Shown in pieces: positions 28,631 to 38,678 of a stretch of 64,000 nt of DNA. A program made the position numbers and the translations under genes. The DNA is taken from assembly GCA_001787405.1 (NCBI GenBank), contig MFWV01000003.1, positions 64,790 to 128,789 on the forward strand. The letters run 5' to 3'. Every line of letters begins with the position of its first letter. Positions within the stretch are counted from its first letter, which is position 1. This DNA is from Candidatus Pacebacteria bacterium RIFOXYA1_FULL_38_18. GTDB lineage: Bacteria; Patescibacteriota; Microgenomatia; UBA1400; PJMF01. The notes below the pieces were generated by a model that ran no database searches, was not told where the DNA came from, and was given only the letters and a program-made list of their open reading frames with translations.

Positions 28631-29805
28631 AAATTGGACGCAATGACCCATGCCCCTGTGGTAGTGGTAAAAAATATAAAAGATGTTGTTTGGTCAAACC
28701 TAGATTAATACCTAATGTTACTGAGGTAACTCCAACTCCTGAACTTGAATCATTGAGAGATCAAATTAACTTAGAAAATGAAGAGAGAAGAAAAAAGTAT
28801 CTAGAACCTCAGGGTATTTATATTGATTTTGTGAAGCCGATGATTTATCAGGGAAGGAAATTTTGGGCTTTAGGTAGTCGTCTATATTATGAGAGACCGC
28901 CCGACGAGACCTTCCATGAGTTCATTATCTTCGTTTTGTGTCAAACGCTCGGAGAAGAGTGGCGACGACAACAAATAGCTTTACCTGAAGAACAACAACA
29001 CTTTGCTTATAAGTGTTACAAGAAATATAACGAATGGCGAAAGAAAAATCATACTCTCAATAATCAACAAGGTGAGGTTTGGGCTGCCTTGCCCGATGGA
29101 TGGACAAGAGCCTTTCTTGCCTTAGCCTTTGATGTTTGTAGCTTAATCCATAAAGACTATCTGTCGGATAAACTATTAAATCGCTTAAGGAATAAGGATC
29201 AATATCAAGGAGCTCGTTATGAGGTGGCAATTATGGCAATGTTTGCTCGGTTGGGTTATAAAATCACTCCATTGGATGATACCGATATTAAAACAACACA
29301 CCCCGAATTTATTGCAGAAGACTTAGTTAATGGAGAGAAGATTGCAGTTGAAGTAAAAAGTAAGCAACGAGAGGGTGTTATTCATACTCCTGGTAGTGTA
29401 AGCGATCCAGCCCAACTATTATGGGGAGATGTGTCTAGGTTATATAGACACGCTATGAAACAAAATCCTGGCAACATCCCTTTTCTGGTTTTTATTGATA
29501 TGAATTCCCCACAGACTCCTGGTATTGCATGGCAAGACAAGCCTTGGGTCAAAGATATTAAGAAGATGATGACAAAATCTCCTTTACATAATCCACAAAA
29601 TCCAGATCCTTGTAGTGGACTTATGTTTACAAATTACTCCTACCATTATCAGACTGAAGACGAGGCTAAGAGTGGTGAACACCTACAGACGATACCCCTT
29701 CATCCTATCCATCGCATACAAAGAGGAGATTTCTTTGAAAGACTGGGTAAAGCCTTGGCTAGTTATGGGAATATTCCCAATCTCGATATTGAGGTGGGAA
29801 AATGA
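28627..29805 (+). CDS. SEC-C motif domain protein of unknown function
   Basis: N-terminal [17 protein letters not shown] matches the SEC-C zinc-binding motif; remainder unrecognised. Confidence 0.5.
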   Translation: MKIGRNDPCPCGSGKKYKRCCLVKPRLIPNVTEVTPTPELESLRDQINLENEERRKKYLEPQGIYIDFVKPMIYQGRKFWALGSRLYYERPPDETFHEFIIFVLCQTLGEEWRRQQIALPEEQQHFAYKCYKKYNEWRKKNHTLNNQQGEVWAALPDGWTRAFLALAFDVCSLIHKDYLSDKLLNRLRNKDQYQGARYEVAIMAMFARLGYKITPLDDTDIKTTHPEFIAEDLVNGEKIAVEVKSKQREGVIHTPGSVSDPAQLLWGDVSRLYRHAMKQNPGNIPFLVFIDMNSPQTPGIAWQDKPWVKDIKKMMTKSPLHNPQNPDPCSGLMFTNYSYHYQTEDEAKSGEHLQTIPLHPIHRIQRGDFFERLGKALASYGNIPNLDIEVGK

Positions 29806-29988
29806 AGTAGATCAATTGTTTATAAATTTGGCTGATAAAAATCTCTGCGTTTCCTGGTAAGTCAGCTCTGGGTATTCGATCTCGTTGATCCAGTCTGTCC
29901 TTCGATACGAGTCCCATGATTCGAGCCAATTGGCACTTAATATACCGAATTTAGCCTCATTTAAAACGTGGATTGTTGTAATAAAGAT

Positions 29989-30558
29989 TTAATTGGTAAA
30001 TTTGAATGTGGAGAGGATTTGGTCGAATTCTTTCTCTAGAGAATTTCCTATTTCTGTCTGTGAATCACTTACGGGATAAGCGAGAATTATTGAGTAAGTT
30101 TTTCCGTTGACTTCAAACACCCCCAATGTATTGGTTAGTGAAGTTGATATTCCTACCATTTGAGTATTGTCGTAACTATTTGTTTTAACAAAACGAAAAA
30201 GGTTATTTCCATCCAGATTAAATGGTTGTCCTTGATAGGTTTGTCCCTGACCCCCTATTCCATCCATATTAAAAACCATTGTTATTTTGGCTTCGTTTTG
30301 CTGAAGTTGAACTTGGGTGTTGTAAGTTGTACCTTGTTCTACTTGACCTTCTTTTTCGACTAGACTCCATAAAGGTGAATATTTAAATGTAATTCCTTGA
30401 ACAGAATTGCTGTATGTTTGCCAGTTTGCTGTTGGGTCTGGAGTCGGTGTAGGGGAGGGCGCGGTTTGCGTGATTGGTGTCTCAGATGTTTGCTGTTCTG
30501 ATTTTTGATAATATATGTAGGCAAAATATCCACCCACACCCAGTGAAATCATTAACAA
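29989..30558 (-). CDS. Membrane-anchored secreted hypothetical protein
   Basis: N-terminal TM helix then Thr/Pro-rich linker. Confidence 0.4.
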   Translation of the reverse strand: MLMISLGVGGYFAYIYYQKSEQQTSETPITQTAPSPTPTPDPTANWQTYSNSVQGITFKYSPLWSLVEKEGQVEQGTTYNTQVQLQQNEAKITMVFNMDGIGGQGQTYQGQPFNLDGNNLFRFVKTNSYDNTQMVGISTSLTNTLGVFEVNGKTYSIILAYPVSDSQTEIGNSLEKEFDQILSTFKFTN

Positions 30559-30778
30559 GATGACAAGGATAATGGTTTGAATATTTTTTGCTTTCTTGAC
30601 TTCTGCAATGGGAGAGTTTGGTGGAGTGGATTGTTGTAAGTCTATTTGTGGCTGGTTGACTTATTGATTTTGAGTAGTTATTGGTTGGTTTTGAATATCA
30701 TTCATATGATGAGTATAACCCAAATGTTCTCACGGATTCTACTAGTCGGAGCCAATTAAAGATATAATATTTCTGCTT

Positions 30779-31345
30779 ATGAATTTCATTGAAGATTCAA
30801 TCAACAAAAATCTTGCTAAAAAAATTTTTATTATTTTGAAAGGTCGAATTTCACCAAAATCATCATTGCTTGATTATGGTTGTGGAAGAGGATTTGTAGG
30901 TCAGGAATTACAGCAAAATTTGGAGTTGGGCATCTTAGGAGTTGATGTTATAGATGTGAGAAGAGTTGGTATTCCATTTAAGCAAATTCATTCTCATCAA
31001 AGGTTACCATTTAAAGATAGGCAATTTGATTATGTGCTTGTTTCATTTGTTTTACATCACACCGATAATATCGAAGATATTTTGAGAGAATTAAAGCGTG
31101 TTGTTAGAAAGAAAATATTTATATTTGAGGATACGCCAAGTAATTTAGTTACGAATTGGCAGTGCAATCTCCATGGATTTGCTTTTAAAATGGTTTATGG
31201 TTTAAAAAATAATTGGCAATTTTATTCTTATGATGAATGGCAAAATATTTTTTCCAGTGTTGGGTTGAAGCAAGAAAAGGCAATTAGTTTTCATAGCAAC
31301 AATCCAATATACAATCCTTCAAGAACCCTATTTATAGTTAAATAA
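30779..31345 (+). CDS. Class I SAM-dependent methyltransferase
   Basis: Motif I LLDYGCGRGFVG and a downstream acidic motif (VLVSFVLHH). Confidence 0.6.
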   Translation: MNFIEDSINKNLAKKIFIILKGRISPKSSLLDYGCGRGFVGQELQQNLELGILGVDVIDVRRVGIPFKQIHSHQRLPFKDRQFDYVLVSFVLHHTDNIEDILRELKRVVRKKIFIFEDTPSNLVTNWQCNLHGFAFKMVYGLKNNWQFYSYDEWQNIFSSVGLKQEKAISFHSNNPIYNPSRTLFIVK

Positions 31346-31409
31346 TTCAGAATTATTAGCTTTCCATCTTTTATCATCGGCCCCACCCAATTTTTGATAT
31401 AATCTCTAT

Positions 31410-31748
31410 ATGGCTTTACCCTTTTCCACCTTTATTGAAAAAGATGGCTTTATTTTTACATCTGGCCAGGTTCACCTTGGTCCAGATGGTACGCTGGTGG
31501 GTGAAACTATTGAAGAGCAGGTAGCGCAGGTGATGAATAACCTGCGAGCAGTTTTGGATCAAGCTGGAGTGGGTTTTGAAAATGTGGTCAAATCGACTGT
31601 TTATATTACAAACATGGCTGATTATTCGCAAGTAAGTCAGGTTTATGCAACTTATTTCAAAAATCAATATCCTGCGCGAGAGATTATTGGCGTGAAGGCT
31701 CTTCCTTTGGGTGCAAGTGTAGAAATTAGTTTGATTGCCAAAAAATGA
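31410..31748 (+). CDS. ridA: RidA/YjgF/TdcF family reactive-intermediate deaminase
   Basis: 112 aa; conserved blocks PFSTFIEKDGFIFTSGQ and PAREIIGVKALPLGASVEI typical of YjgF/RidA. Confidence 0.7.
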   Translation: MALPFSTFIEKDGFIFTSGQVHLGPDGTLVGETIEEQVAQVMNNLRAVLDQAGVGFENVVKSTVYITNMADYSQVSQVYATYFKNQYPAREIIGVKALPLGASVEISLIAKK

Positions 31749-32218
31749 ATATTAGACCCGTCACAGATGCAGACTTCCCAAGATTATCAGGAATTTATAC
31801 TGATGCTTACAATGTGTTGAAAATTGGTGAGGAGTGGACTCCTCCCACCGCTGAAAAACTCTTAAGACATTTATATGATGCTCAGCCAGACTTGTTTTTC
31901 GTCATAGAGATGGATGGAGTGGTGGTGGGAGCGGTGAATGCTTTGGTCAAACCTTGGTGGGATGGTAATCATATTACCGATGGAGAAATTTTTGTGGATC
32001 CAAAACAGCAGGGAAAGGGGATTGGTAAAGCTTTACTCAAACACCTTTTTGTGCAAGCAAAACAATTGTATCAAGCCGTGGCTTGGGACACTTTTACCCA
32101 TGTAGTGCACGAACACCCACTCAGTTGGTACAAAGAGCTAGGATTTGAAGAGATTAAGGAATGGACGATGATCACGGGAGATATTGAAAAAGTGTTGGAT
32201 AATTTGGAGAAAAAGTAG
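31745..32218 (+). CDS. GNAT family N-acetyltransferase
   Basis: 157 aa; [11 protein letters not shown] acetyl-CoA-binding motif. Confidence 0.65.
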   Translation: MNIRPVTDADFPRLSGIYTDAYNVLKIGEEWTPPTAEKLLRHLYDAQPDLFFVIEMDGVVVGAVNALVKPWWDGNHITDGEIFVDPKQQGKGIGKALLKHLFVQAKQLYQAVAWDTFTHVVHEHPLSWYKELGFEEIKEWTMITGDIEKVLDNLEKK

Positions 32219-32255
32219 TACATTTTCCTCTCTGAAGGAAAAAAGGAGGCTGAGT

Positions 32256-32750
32256 ATGAACAAAAATGAATCTGAAACAAAAGCATCCCCAGAAAGTATT
32301 TCAAAGTTTAAAAAACTGCGTGGCAATAGAAAGTTCCGATTGTGGTTGATTGCTGCATTGATGGCAATTGTGGTAATACTTTTTATCTTTTTTGAAAAAC
32401 TTAGAATTTTTCTGGTTATTATTTTCATTACGCTACTGGCTGCCCTTGGATTGGAAGTTTCGCAAAATGATTGGGATTTGGGCAAACTGTGGGAAACAGG
32501 ATCGTTTCAGGAATCCAAAGTATTGCGCGATGAATCAGGCAATGTTTTATTTGATAAACTTGGCAATATTACCACCGATTCTTCAAAGGGTAAAAAAGCA
32601 GATGAATATAATTGTGATGATTTTTCAACGCAACCTGAAGCTCAAGAATTTTTTGAAAAAGTTGGGGGAGTTGGCAATGACGTTAATAGGCTTGATGGAG
32701 ACAAGGACGGAGTCGCCTGTGAGAGTTTGCCAAAAGAAGAGAGTAACTAG
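32256..32750 (+). CDS. Membrane-anchored protein with C-terminal Excalibur calcium-binding domain
   Basis: AAGGAGG RBS before ATG 32256; TM helix; C-terminal [13 protein letters not shown] matches the Excalibur DxDxDGxxCE motif. Confidence 0.6.
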   Translation: MNKNESETKASPESISKFKKLRGNRKFRLWLIAALMAIVVILFIFFEKLRIFLVIIFITLLAALGLEVSQNDWDLGKLWETGSFQESKVLRDESGNVLFDKLGNITTDSSKGKKADEYNCDDFSTQPEAQEFFEKVGGVGNDVNRLDGDKDGVACESLPKEESN

Positions 32751-32810
32751 TTGGTTGTGTTTGCGAGTATTGGGGTTACTTATTGTTTAAGATGGGCAAG
32801 ATAAATTATT

Positions 32811-33593
32811 ATGAATGAAACACAAAATTTTTCCTCCGAATTACCTGTATCTTCCGATTCAAAAGAATATTCCACAGAAAGAATAGACAAACTCTTGGAA
32901 AACCAAACATTATTGAACAAACTGATTGAAATGGGGAAAAGAAGAGCTGAAGATATGTGGAACAGATCAAGAGAGATAATTTCTAAACATGTAGACCCAA
33001 ATGGAAAGATTTTGGATGTCGGAGTTGGTTTTGGTCAAATAACAGAGGTTTTCATGGATAACTTAAAAGGAGGTTTTAAAAATGTATTTTCGATTGATGT
33101 TATACGTTTACTACAGGTTAAAAAATTAAAAGAAAACTATGCCTTGGCCAAGGGAGAATATATGCCGTATGCATCAGAATCAGTAAAAACAGTTTTTATT
33201 ACTGATGTCTTGCATCACACTCCCAAGCCAGAAGATATATTGGCAGAGTCCAGTAGAGTTCTAGAAGCCGAGGGGATTGTCGTAGTATTAGAAAATCTAT
33301 TACGAGATGATTTACCAGAACCGTTAAAAACGATATACAGAAAAATTCTATTTGCTTTTGACAATACATCAAATGCTCAAAATGAAGTTGATCATCCTCA
33401 TTCAAATCAAACTTTGGCAGGCTGGCAAAAACTTGCAGAATTATCGGGTTTGGAAATGATAGATCATAAAGAATGGCAGTGGGGGTTAGTAGATTTCATT
33501 CCAGGTTTGGCCGAAAAAGGTAACAGAGATAAACCAGGAATTTTAAGACCATTTACAGATTCAGTAATGGTTTTTCGCAAATCAAACAATTGA
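32811..33593 (+). CDS. Class I SAM-dependent methyltransferase
   Basis: Motif I ILDVGVGFGQ. Confidence 0.55.
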   Translation: MNETQNFSSELPVSSDSKEYSTERIDKLLENQTLLNKLIEMGKRRAEDMWNRSREIISKHVDPNGKILDVGVGFGQITEVFMDNLKGGFKNVFSIDVIRLLQVKKLKENYALAKGEYMPYASESVKTVFITDVLHHTPKPEDILAESSRVLEAEGIVVVLENLLRDDLPEPLKTIYRKILFAFDNTSNAQNEVDHPHSNQTLAGWQKLAELSGLEMIDHKEWQWGLVDFIPGLAEKGNRDKPGILRPFTDSVMVFRKSNN

Positions 33594-33735
33594 TTTTTTA
33601 CTATTTTTTTGACCAAAATACAAAAACTAGTTATAAATCAGTCGCTTTTTTCTATATAAAGACATAGATTGACATATTTTGACACATCAACTAAGATTTG
33701 AATATTATTCTTATTAATTATCAGAATGCACTCAT

Positions 33736-34245
33736 ATGCCTAGAAACTTGGAAGCAGATCAACGAAACTTGGGAGAAGATCGACAAAACTTGGAAGAAGA
33801 TCAACAATTTAGACAAGAAAATAATGAGGCTCTAGATTATAAATATGTAGATCAAATTATTTCGGCTGCCAAAGGAGAAATTAAGAAAAATTTAAAAGAT
33901 TTAAACAATTTATTGAAAGAATATTTTGAAAAAAGGGGCAACAAAGACTTGAGTGATGACCAAAAAGAATTTATTGGAGGGAGAGCAAGGGATCTGGTGT
34001 TTTATCAAACTTTTGCTGCTATTTTTAAAATGATTCAATTAAATAATATAGGAAAAATATACTATTGGGAAAGAGTCAAGCAATATAGAGAATCCTTTTT
34101 TAATATACCAATCTCTGACCAGTCATCCGAAAAATTATTTGCTCTTGGATTGAACCCATTCCAAGAAGCTGGTTTGGAGTTAAGAGTTACACTTTTGGTA
34201 CGAAAAATCATGAATAAAAATAGATTTCCCAAAAAACACGATTGA
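33736..34245 (+). CDS. Hypothetical protein with N-terminal degenerate repeats
   Basis: Repeats QRNLGEDRQNLEEDQQ; no known motif. Confidence 0.35.
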   Translation: MPRNLEADQRNLGEDRQNLEEDQQFRQENNEALDYKYVDQIISAAKGEIKKNLKDLNNLLKEYFEKRGNKDLSDDQKEFIGGRARDLVFYQTFAAIFKMIQLNNIGKIYYWERVKQYRESFFNIPISDQSSEKLFALGLNPFQEAGLELRVTLLVRKIMNKNRFPKKHD

Positions 34246-34507
34246 TTGGAGAAGTAATTTCAGTTTCTCAATTCAAGACCACAATGGTTGCATATATCTC
34301 ATGATTGACAAGTACTACAACTAGTTGCTATATTTGTAGTATGACAACTAAGAAAAAGCAACGCGCTACTATTTTTTTGAATCCAGCTGTCTATAAACAC
34401 TCCCGGGCACAAGCGATAGTCGAGGAATTAACTTTGACTCAACTTGTAGAAAAAGCTCTAGTTTGCTATTTACCAAAAGAAACAATTATCAAGAAAGTGA
34501 GGGAAAT

Positions 34508-34885
34508 ATGAGTGAATCACAAGTTAAAACGGGGTCTCCTCAAAAAGATTACCAAGCGAAAAAAGCAATTTTTCGCACCTATCAGATTATTTGGTACATC
34601 CTCGGTCTAATCGAAGTGGTATTGGGCTTTAGAGTGCTATTCAAACTCCTTGGAGCCAATGCTTCCAGCGGATTTACCAATTTTATCTATGCAATTAGCT
34701 ATCCCTTTGCCCAGCCATTTGCGGGCATATTGGGTACAACCAAAAGCTCAGGCATTGTCCTGGAATGGTCAACTCTAATTGCCATGATAGTTTATGTGGT
34801 TGTCGCCTATGGAATCGTAGCCTTCTTTCAGCTGGTGAAGCCGACTGATCAAGAAGAGGTAGAACAAACAGTTGATAGTCAATAG
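34508..34885 (+). CDS. YggT family membrane protein
   Basis: Two TM segments with the YGGT-like pattern; start refined to ATG 34508 (GAGGG RBS). Confidence 0.5.
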   Translation: MSESQVKTGSPQKDYQAKKAIFRTYQIIWYILGLIEVVLGFRVLFKLLGANASSGFTNFIYAISYPFAQPFAGILGTTKSSGIVLEWSTLIAMIVYVVVAYGIVAFFQLVKPTDQEEVEQTVDSQ

Positions 34886-34914
34886 ATTATTAATAATTAA
34901 AGGGAGGTGAAAAT

Positions 34915-35058
34915 ATGAGTATTTCATTAACAGCATTAAGTCCAATTACGGCTTTGCTTTTTGGCATCTTAATTTTGATGTTTCCCAAATTTTTGAACTA
35001 TTTGATTGCGGGATATCTGATTCTTATCGGTTTGATTGGCTTGGGTGTATTTATATAA
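34915..35058 (+). CDS. Small membrane protein (47 aa), DUF3096-like
   Basis: Not in the ORF track (shorter than 60 aa); strong RBS AGGGAGGTGA 7 nt upstream; two hydrophobic helices. Confidence 0.45.
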   Translation: MSISLTALSPITALLFGILILMFPKFLNYLIAGYLILIGLIGLGVFI

Positions 35059-35076
35059 AAAGTAAAGAAGGAACAT

Positions 35077-35325
35077 ATGGGTATTATTCTATGGATTATT
35101 TTAGGTGGCATTGCTGGTTGGATTGCTTCTATGGTGATGGAGACTAATTCTCAGGGCACGCTCGCCGATATTATCATGGGCATTGTAGGTGCTATGGTGG
35201 GTGGTTTTCTATTGAACCTAATTGGCCAATCAGGAGTGACAGGGTTTAATGTTTATAGCTTATTTGTGGCTGTTATTGGTGCCATAGTTCTTATTTATCT
35301 TGGTCGGATGTTTCGCTCAAGATAA
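35077..35325 (+). CDS. GlsB/YeaQ/YmgE family stress-response membrane protein (transglycosylase-associated)
   Basis: 82 aa; MGIILWIILGGIAGWIAS...GIVGAMVGGFL matches the family pattern. Confidence 0.7.
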   Translation: MGIILWIILGGIAGWIASMVMETNSQGTLADIIMGIVGAMVGGFLLNLIGQSGVTGFNVYSLFVAVIGAIVLIYLGRMFRSR

Positions 35326-35342
35326 AAAATCGAAAGGAAATC

Positions 35343-35687
35343 ATGTTAGCTTTGATATTACTGCTGGTTGTGGGATCTATACTTGCTTATATCTCCAAAT
35401 TTAATATTATGCCGGTCACAGTCAACTTTGGTGTTTATGTTTTGACTGATATTCCACTTTTCTATGTCATCATCGGTTCTGTCATTTTTGGTTTAGTTTT
35501 GTCGTATCTTTTTTATCTTGCCCATGCCATTTCCCACGTTTTCAAACTGCGTGGTAAAGATAAAGAAATCAAGAAAAATAAAAATGAAGTACTTGGATTA
35601 ACTAGACAAGTGCATCAATTGGAGTTGGAAAAAGAAAAACGCAAAAAAAATAATCCGCTGGAGCCAGTCGATAAAAATTCATTATGA
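35343..35687 (+). CDS. LapA-domain-like small membrane protein (DUF1049-like)
   Basis: Two N-terminal TM helices then a K/E-rich tail. Confidence 0.4.
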   Translation: MLALILLLVVGSILAYISKFNIMPVTVNFGVYVLTDIPLFYVIIGSVIFGLVLSYLFYLAHAISHVFKLRGKDKEIKKNKNEVLGLTRQVHQLELEKEKRKKNNPLEPVDKNSL

Positions 35688-36142
35688 AGACGATGTTGGC
35701 AAAGTTATGGAAAGCCTTTCGCTTTCCCAAAAAGTTTCAATTATTTGTGATGCGTTTTTTGCAAGATCAATTCTTGGTGGGCTTAACGGGCATTATTTTC
35801 AATGATAAAAATGAAGTTTTGTTGTTTAAGCATGTTTATCGAGCTCATTCGTGGAGTTTACCAGGCGGTTATATGAAAGCCGGTGAACATCCAAAAGAAG
35901 CGCTGGAAAGAGAAATTAAAGAAGAATCAGGGCTAGTGGTGAGCGTGGACGAACAACTCAAAACACGAACTGACCGAGAAACTGCTCGTTTGGATATTTG
36001 TTATGTCGGTGTTTTTATTGGTGGGGACTTTTCTCCCTCATCTGAAGTTTCTGAATTTGGATTTTTTAGCCTAGATAAACTGCCCTTGATTCGAAAAAAT
36101 CAGTTGTTTTTAATCAATGAGGCCCTAACTCAGAGAACTTAG
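35684..36142 (+). CDS. NUDIX hydrolase
   Basis: Nudix box GGYMKAGEHPKEALEREIKEESGL (Gx5Ex7REUxEExGU). Confidence 0.8.
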   Translation: MKTMLAKLWKAFRFPKKFQLFVMRFLQDQFLVGLTGIIFNDKNEVLLFKHVYRAHSWSLPGGYMKAGEHPKEALEREIKEESGLVVSVDEQLKTRTDRETARLDICYVGVFIGGDFSPSSEVSEFGFFSLDKLPLIRKNQLFLINEALTQRT

Positions 36143-36170
36143 CATCAAAATCAACTTTATAGAATGTTTC

Positions 36171-36389
36171 TCAATTCAAGATCACAATGGCTGCGTTGAG
36201 TGTAGTGGCAAAAGTTACCCACAATAGATAGGGCACTAATAAATAAAAGGCTGCTTTTGATAAAGGATAAAACTTTTTCATGGTCAGCATGATGGACGCC
36301 CACAGTGCCACGATGACGATCAGGCCCAGTAAGGGGGATCGCAGACCAAAAAAGATGGGTGACCAGCTGAAATTGAGCACTAGTTGCAC
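36171..36389 (-). pseudogene. TspO/MBR (tryptophan-rich sensory protein) C-terminal fragment
   Basis: 72-aa ORF whose sequence (NFSWSPIFFGLRSP...LWVTFATTLN) matches the C-terminal half of TspO; about half the normal length. Confidence 0.4.
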
Positions 36390-36445
36390 CAGAAAAAATA
36401 GGCCGGCGGCTTAATTTATTTCTTTCTTTTTGTTATAATTCAACC

Positions 36446-38074
36446 ATGCTGACACAAGTTCAAACTCTGCTGAAACTTAAAAAATATTTTCCTTTAATAA
36501 TTGTTTTGTTGGGATTATTGATTTATTCAAATACTTTTCAGAGCTCATTTCACTTTGATGATGAGTTTATGCTCAGATCAATTCCCATATTTATTGAAAA
36601 TAAAGCATGGTTTTCCAACCCCAGGGCAATCGGCAATCTCACTTTTGCGTTTAATTATGCGCTACATGAAAGAAATGTTTTTGGTTATCATTTGATCAAT
36701 CTTTCTATTCATCTTGCTACTTCAGTATTAGTTTATTTTCTATCTTTGTTGATTTTTCGCACACCAGCGATAAAAGACAAAAAAATTGCCAAACAAAAAT
36801 ATTGGTTTAGTTTTTTTATTGCCCTTATTTTTGTTGCTCATCCATTACAAATTCAAGCAGTGACTTATATTGTGCAGAGATTTTCATCGCTGTCAGCCCT
36901 ATTTTATATATGGGGTTTATGGAGTTATTTCAAAGGAAGATTGGATCAACGCCCCAGTTATTATTTGTGGGCAATAATTGCATTTTTATTGGGGCTTTTT
37001 ACCAAAGCAGATGGAGCGACTTGGCCATTGGCAATCGTATTGAGTGAGGGATTATTTTTTCCAGCCAAAAATTTACGGTCAAAAATCCTGACCAAATTTT
37101 TGATTCCCGCTTTATTGTTTTTTGCTCCCTTATTGATGGTTTTGAAGTTTTTCAAAAAAGTAATTTTTGCTGCTCAATTTTCTTTTTTGGGAGAAGTGGT
37201 GACGAGCAAAACTTATTTTTTGACTCAAATGAGAGTAATTCCCAAATATATTCAATTATTGTTTTTTCCTCTCAATCAAAATTTTGATTATTATTTTCCG
37301 ATTAGTAAAAGTTTTATGGAACCAGCCGTATGGTTGGGTTTTTGTTTTTTAACAATGATTATTGTTGTTGCGATTTTATTGATCAAAAAACAACCATTAA
37401 TCAGTTTTGGCATAATCTGGTTTTTTATTACGCTGATCGTTACTAGCAGTTTTATTCCTATTAGTGATGTAATTTTTGAGCATCGTCTTTATTTGCCCAT
37501 GATGGGTTTCGCGTTTTTCTTGGTCATTGGTGTCTATAAATTATTGGCTCATTTTATAAGCGATCAATCTCAGCGAATGAATAATTTTATTTTTTTCATG
37601 ACAGCAATAGTGTTATTTTATGGAGTCTTAACTTATCGCAGAAACTTAGTTTGGAAAAATGATTTAAGCTTGATGACGGATGTCATTCAAAAATCACCAC
37701 TTAAAGCACGAGGCTATAATTGGCTGGCCATAGCTTTGCAAAAAGATGGCAACCTGACCGCTGCCAAGGAAAATTATTTGCAAGCAATTAAGCTCAAATC
37801 TAATTATCAAGATGCTTATAACAATCTAGCCAATATTTATTCTTATGAGGGAGATTTGCCAAATGCATTAAAGTATTATAATCTTGCGCTTGACTTGGGA
37901 AGAAGAATCAATGAAATTAAATTAAATATTGGTTTGACTTATTTTAATGTAAAACAATACGATGTGGCACTGCAATATTTTAACGAAGTGCTGGAAGATG
38001 ATCCAAAAAACATGTTGGCTGTAAAATATATTGAGATGACGCAGGCTAAGTTGGCTGGTAGTAAAGAGAGATAA
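36446..38074 (+). CDS. Polytopic membrane protein with C-terminal TPR repeats (PMT/GT-C-like glycosyltransferase family candidate)
   Basis: About 11 TM helices followed by TPR-like repeats (AIALQKDGNLTAAKENYLQAIKLKSNYQDAYNNLANIY...). Confidence 0.5.
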   Translation: MLTQVQTLLKLKKYFPLIIVLLGLLIYSNTFQSSFHFDDEFMLRSIPIFIENKAWFSNPRAIGNLTFAFNYALHERNVFGYHLINLSIHLATSVLVYFLSLLIFRTPAIKDKKIAKQKYWFSFFIALIFVAHPLQIQAVTYIVQRFSSLSALFYIWGLWSYFKGRLDQRPSYYLWAIIAFLLGLFTKADGATWPLAIVLSEGLFFPAKNLRSKILTKFLIPALLFFAPLLMVLKFFKKVIFAAQFSFLGEVVTSKTYFLTQMRVIPKYIQLLFFPLNQNFDYYFPISKSFMEPAVWLGFCFLTMIIVVAILLIKKQPLISFGIIWFFITLIVTSSFIPISDVIFEHRLYLPMMGFAFFLVIGVYKLLAHFISDQSQRMNNFIFFMTAIVLFYGVLTYRRNLVWKNDLSLMTDVIQKSPLKARGYNWLAIALQKDGNLTAAKENYLQAIKLKSNYQDAYNNLANIYSYEGDLPNALKYYNLALDLGRRINEIKLNIGLTYFNVKQYDVALQYFNEVLEDDPKNMLAVKYIEMTQAKLAGSKER

Positions 38075-38138
38075 AATTTTTACGGGCATTGCCAGTGAAT
38101 ATTTTTTGCAGTTATCGATAAAATGTTAGAATACTAAT

Positions 38139-38441
38139 ATGCAAACATATCCCACTAGCCAAGATAGAGAATTAATCAAAGGTTTTGCTCAGCTAAAAAA
38201 TGAAAAAGAAATCATTGGGTTTTTGCGAGATTTATTAACTCCAGCAGAGATAGAAGAATTTTCTCAAAGATTCCAGATAGCCAAGTTATTATGGACGACT
38301 ACCAAATCTTACGTTGAAATTGCCAAAAAAGTTGGCACCAGTACAACTACGGTTACCAGAGTTGCTCATTGGTTATACAAAGAATCATTCCAAGGATATG
38401 CTGTTGTTTTGGAGCGATTATTTGGAAAGTCCCAGAGATAG
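38139..38441 (+). CDS. TrpR-like DNA-binding protein, YerC/YecD family
   Basis: 100 aa; LTPAEIEEFSQRFQIAKLL and HTH block ...YVEIAKKVGTSTTTVTRVAHWL typical of YerC/YecD. Confidence 0.6.
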   Translation: MQTYPTSQDRELIKGFAQLKNEKEIIGFLRDLLTPAEIEEFSQRFQIAKLLWTTTKSYVEIAKKVGTSTTTVTRVAHWLYKESFQGYAVVLERLFGKSQR

Positions 38442-38678
38442 ATATATTAGCATATTAATATGTTGACATATAGACAATTTATGTTTATAATCCTCTTTAT
38501 GATGAAAAATATTTTTATCACACCATTATTCCACCGGGCCCATGAAAGCAGCGGGGTGATTTGACGTATTAAAAAATAATAAAATAAAACGCAGTCCCAC
38601 CCCGCTTGGCAAGCGGGTTTTTTCGTTCTAAACGAGGAAAACAAGGACTGCGTTTTTTAGTAAAAAAAGAAAGAAAAT

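Noticed and set aside
29890-29935. Candidate attR (partial match CGAGTCC / TTCGAGCC to the tRNA-Asn 3' half)
   Set aside because: Only 7-8 nt of similarity, which could be chance. Serine integrases need no long direct repeats, so the right boundary remains undefined.
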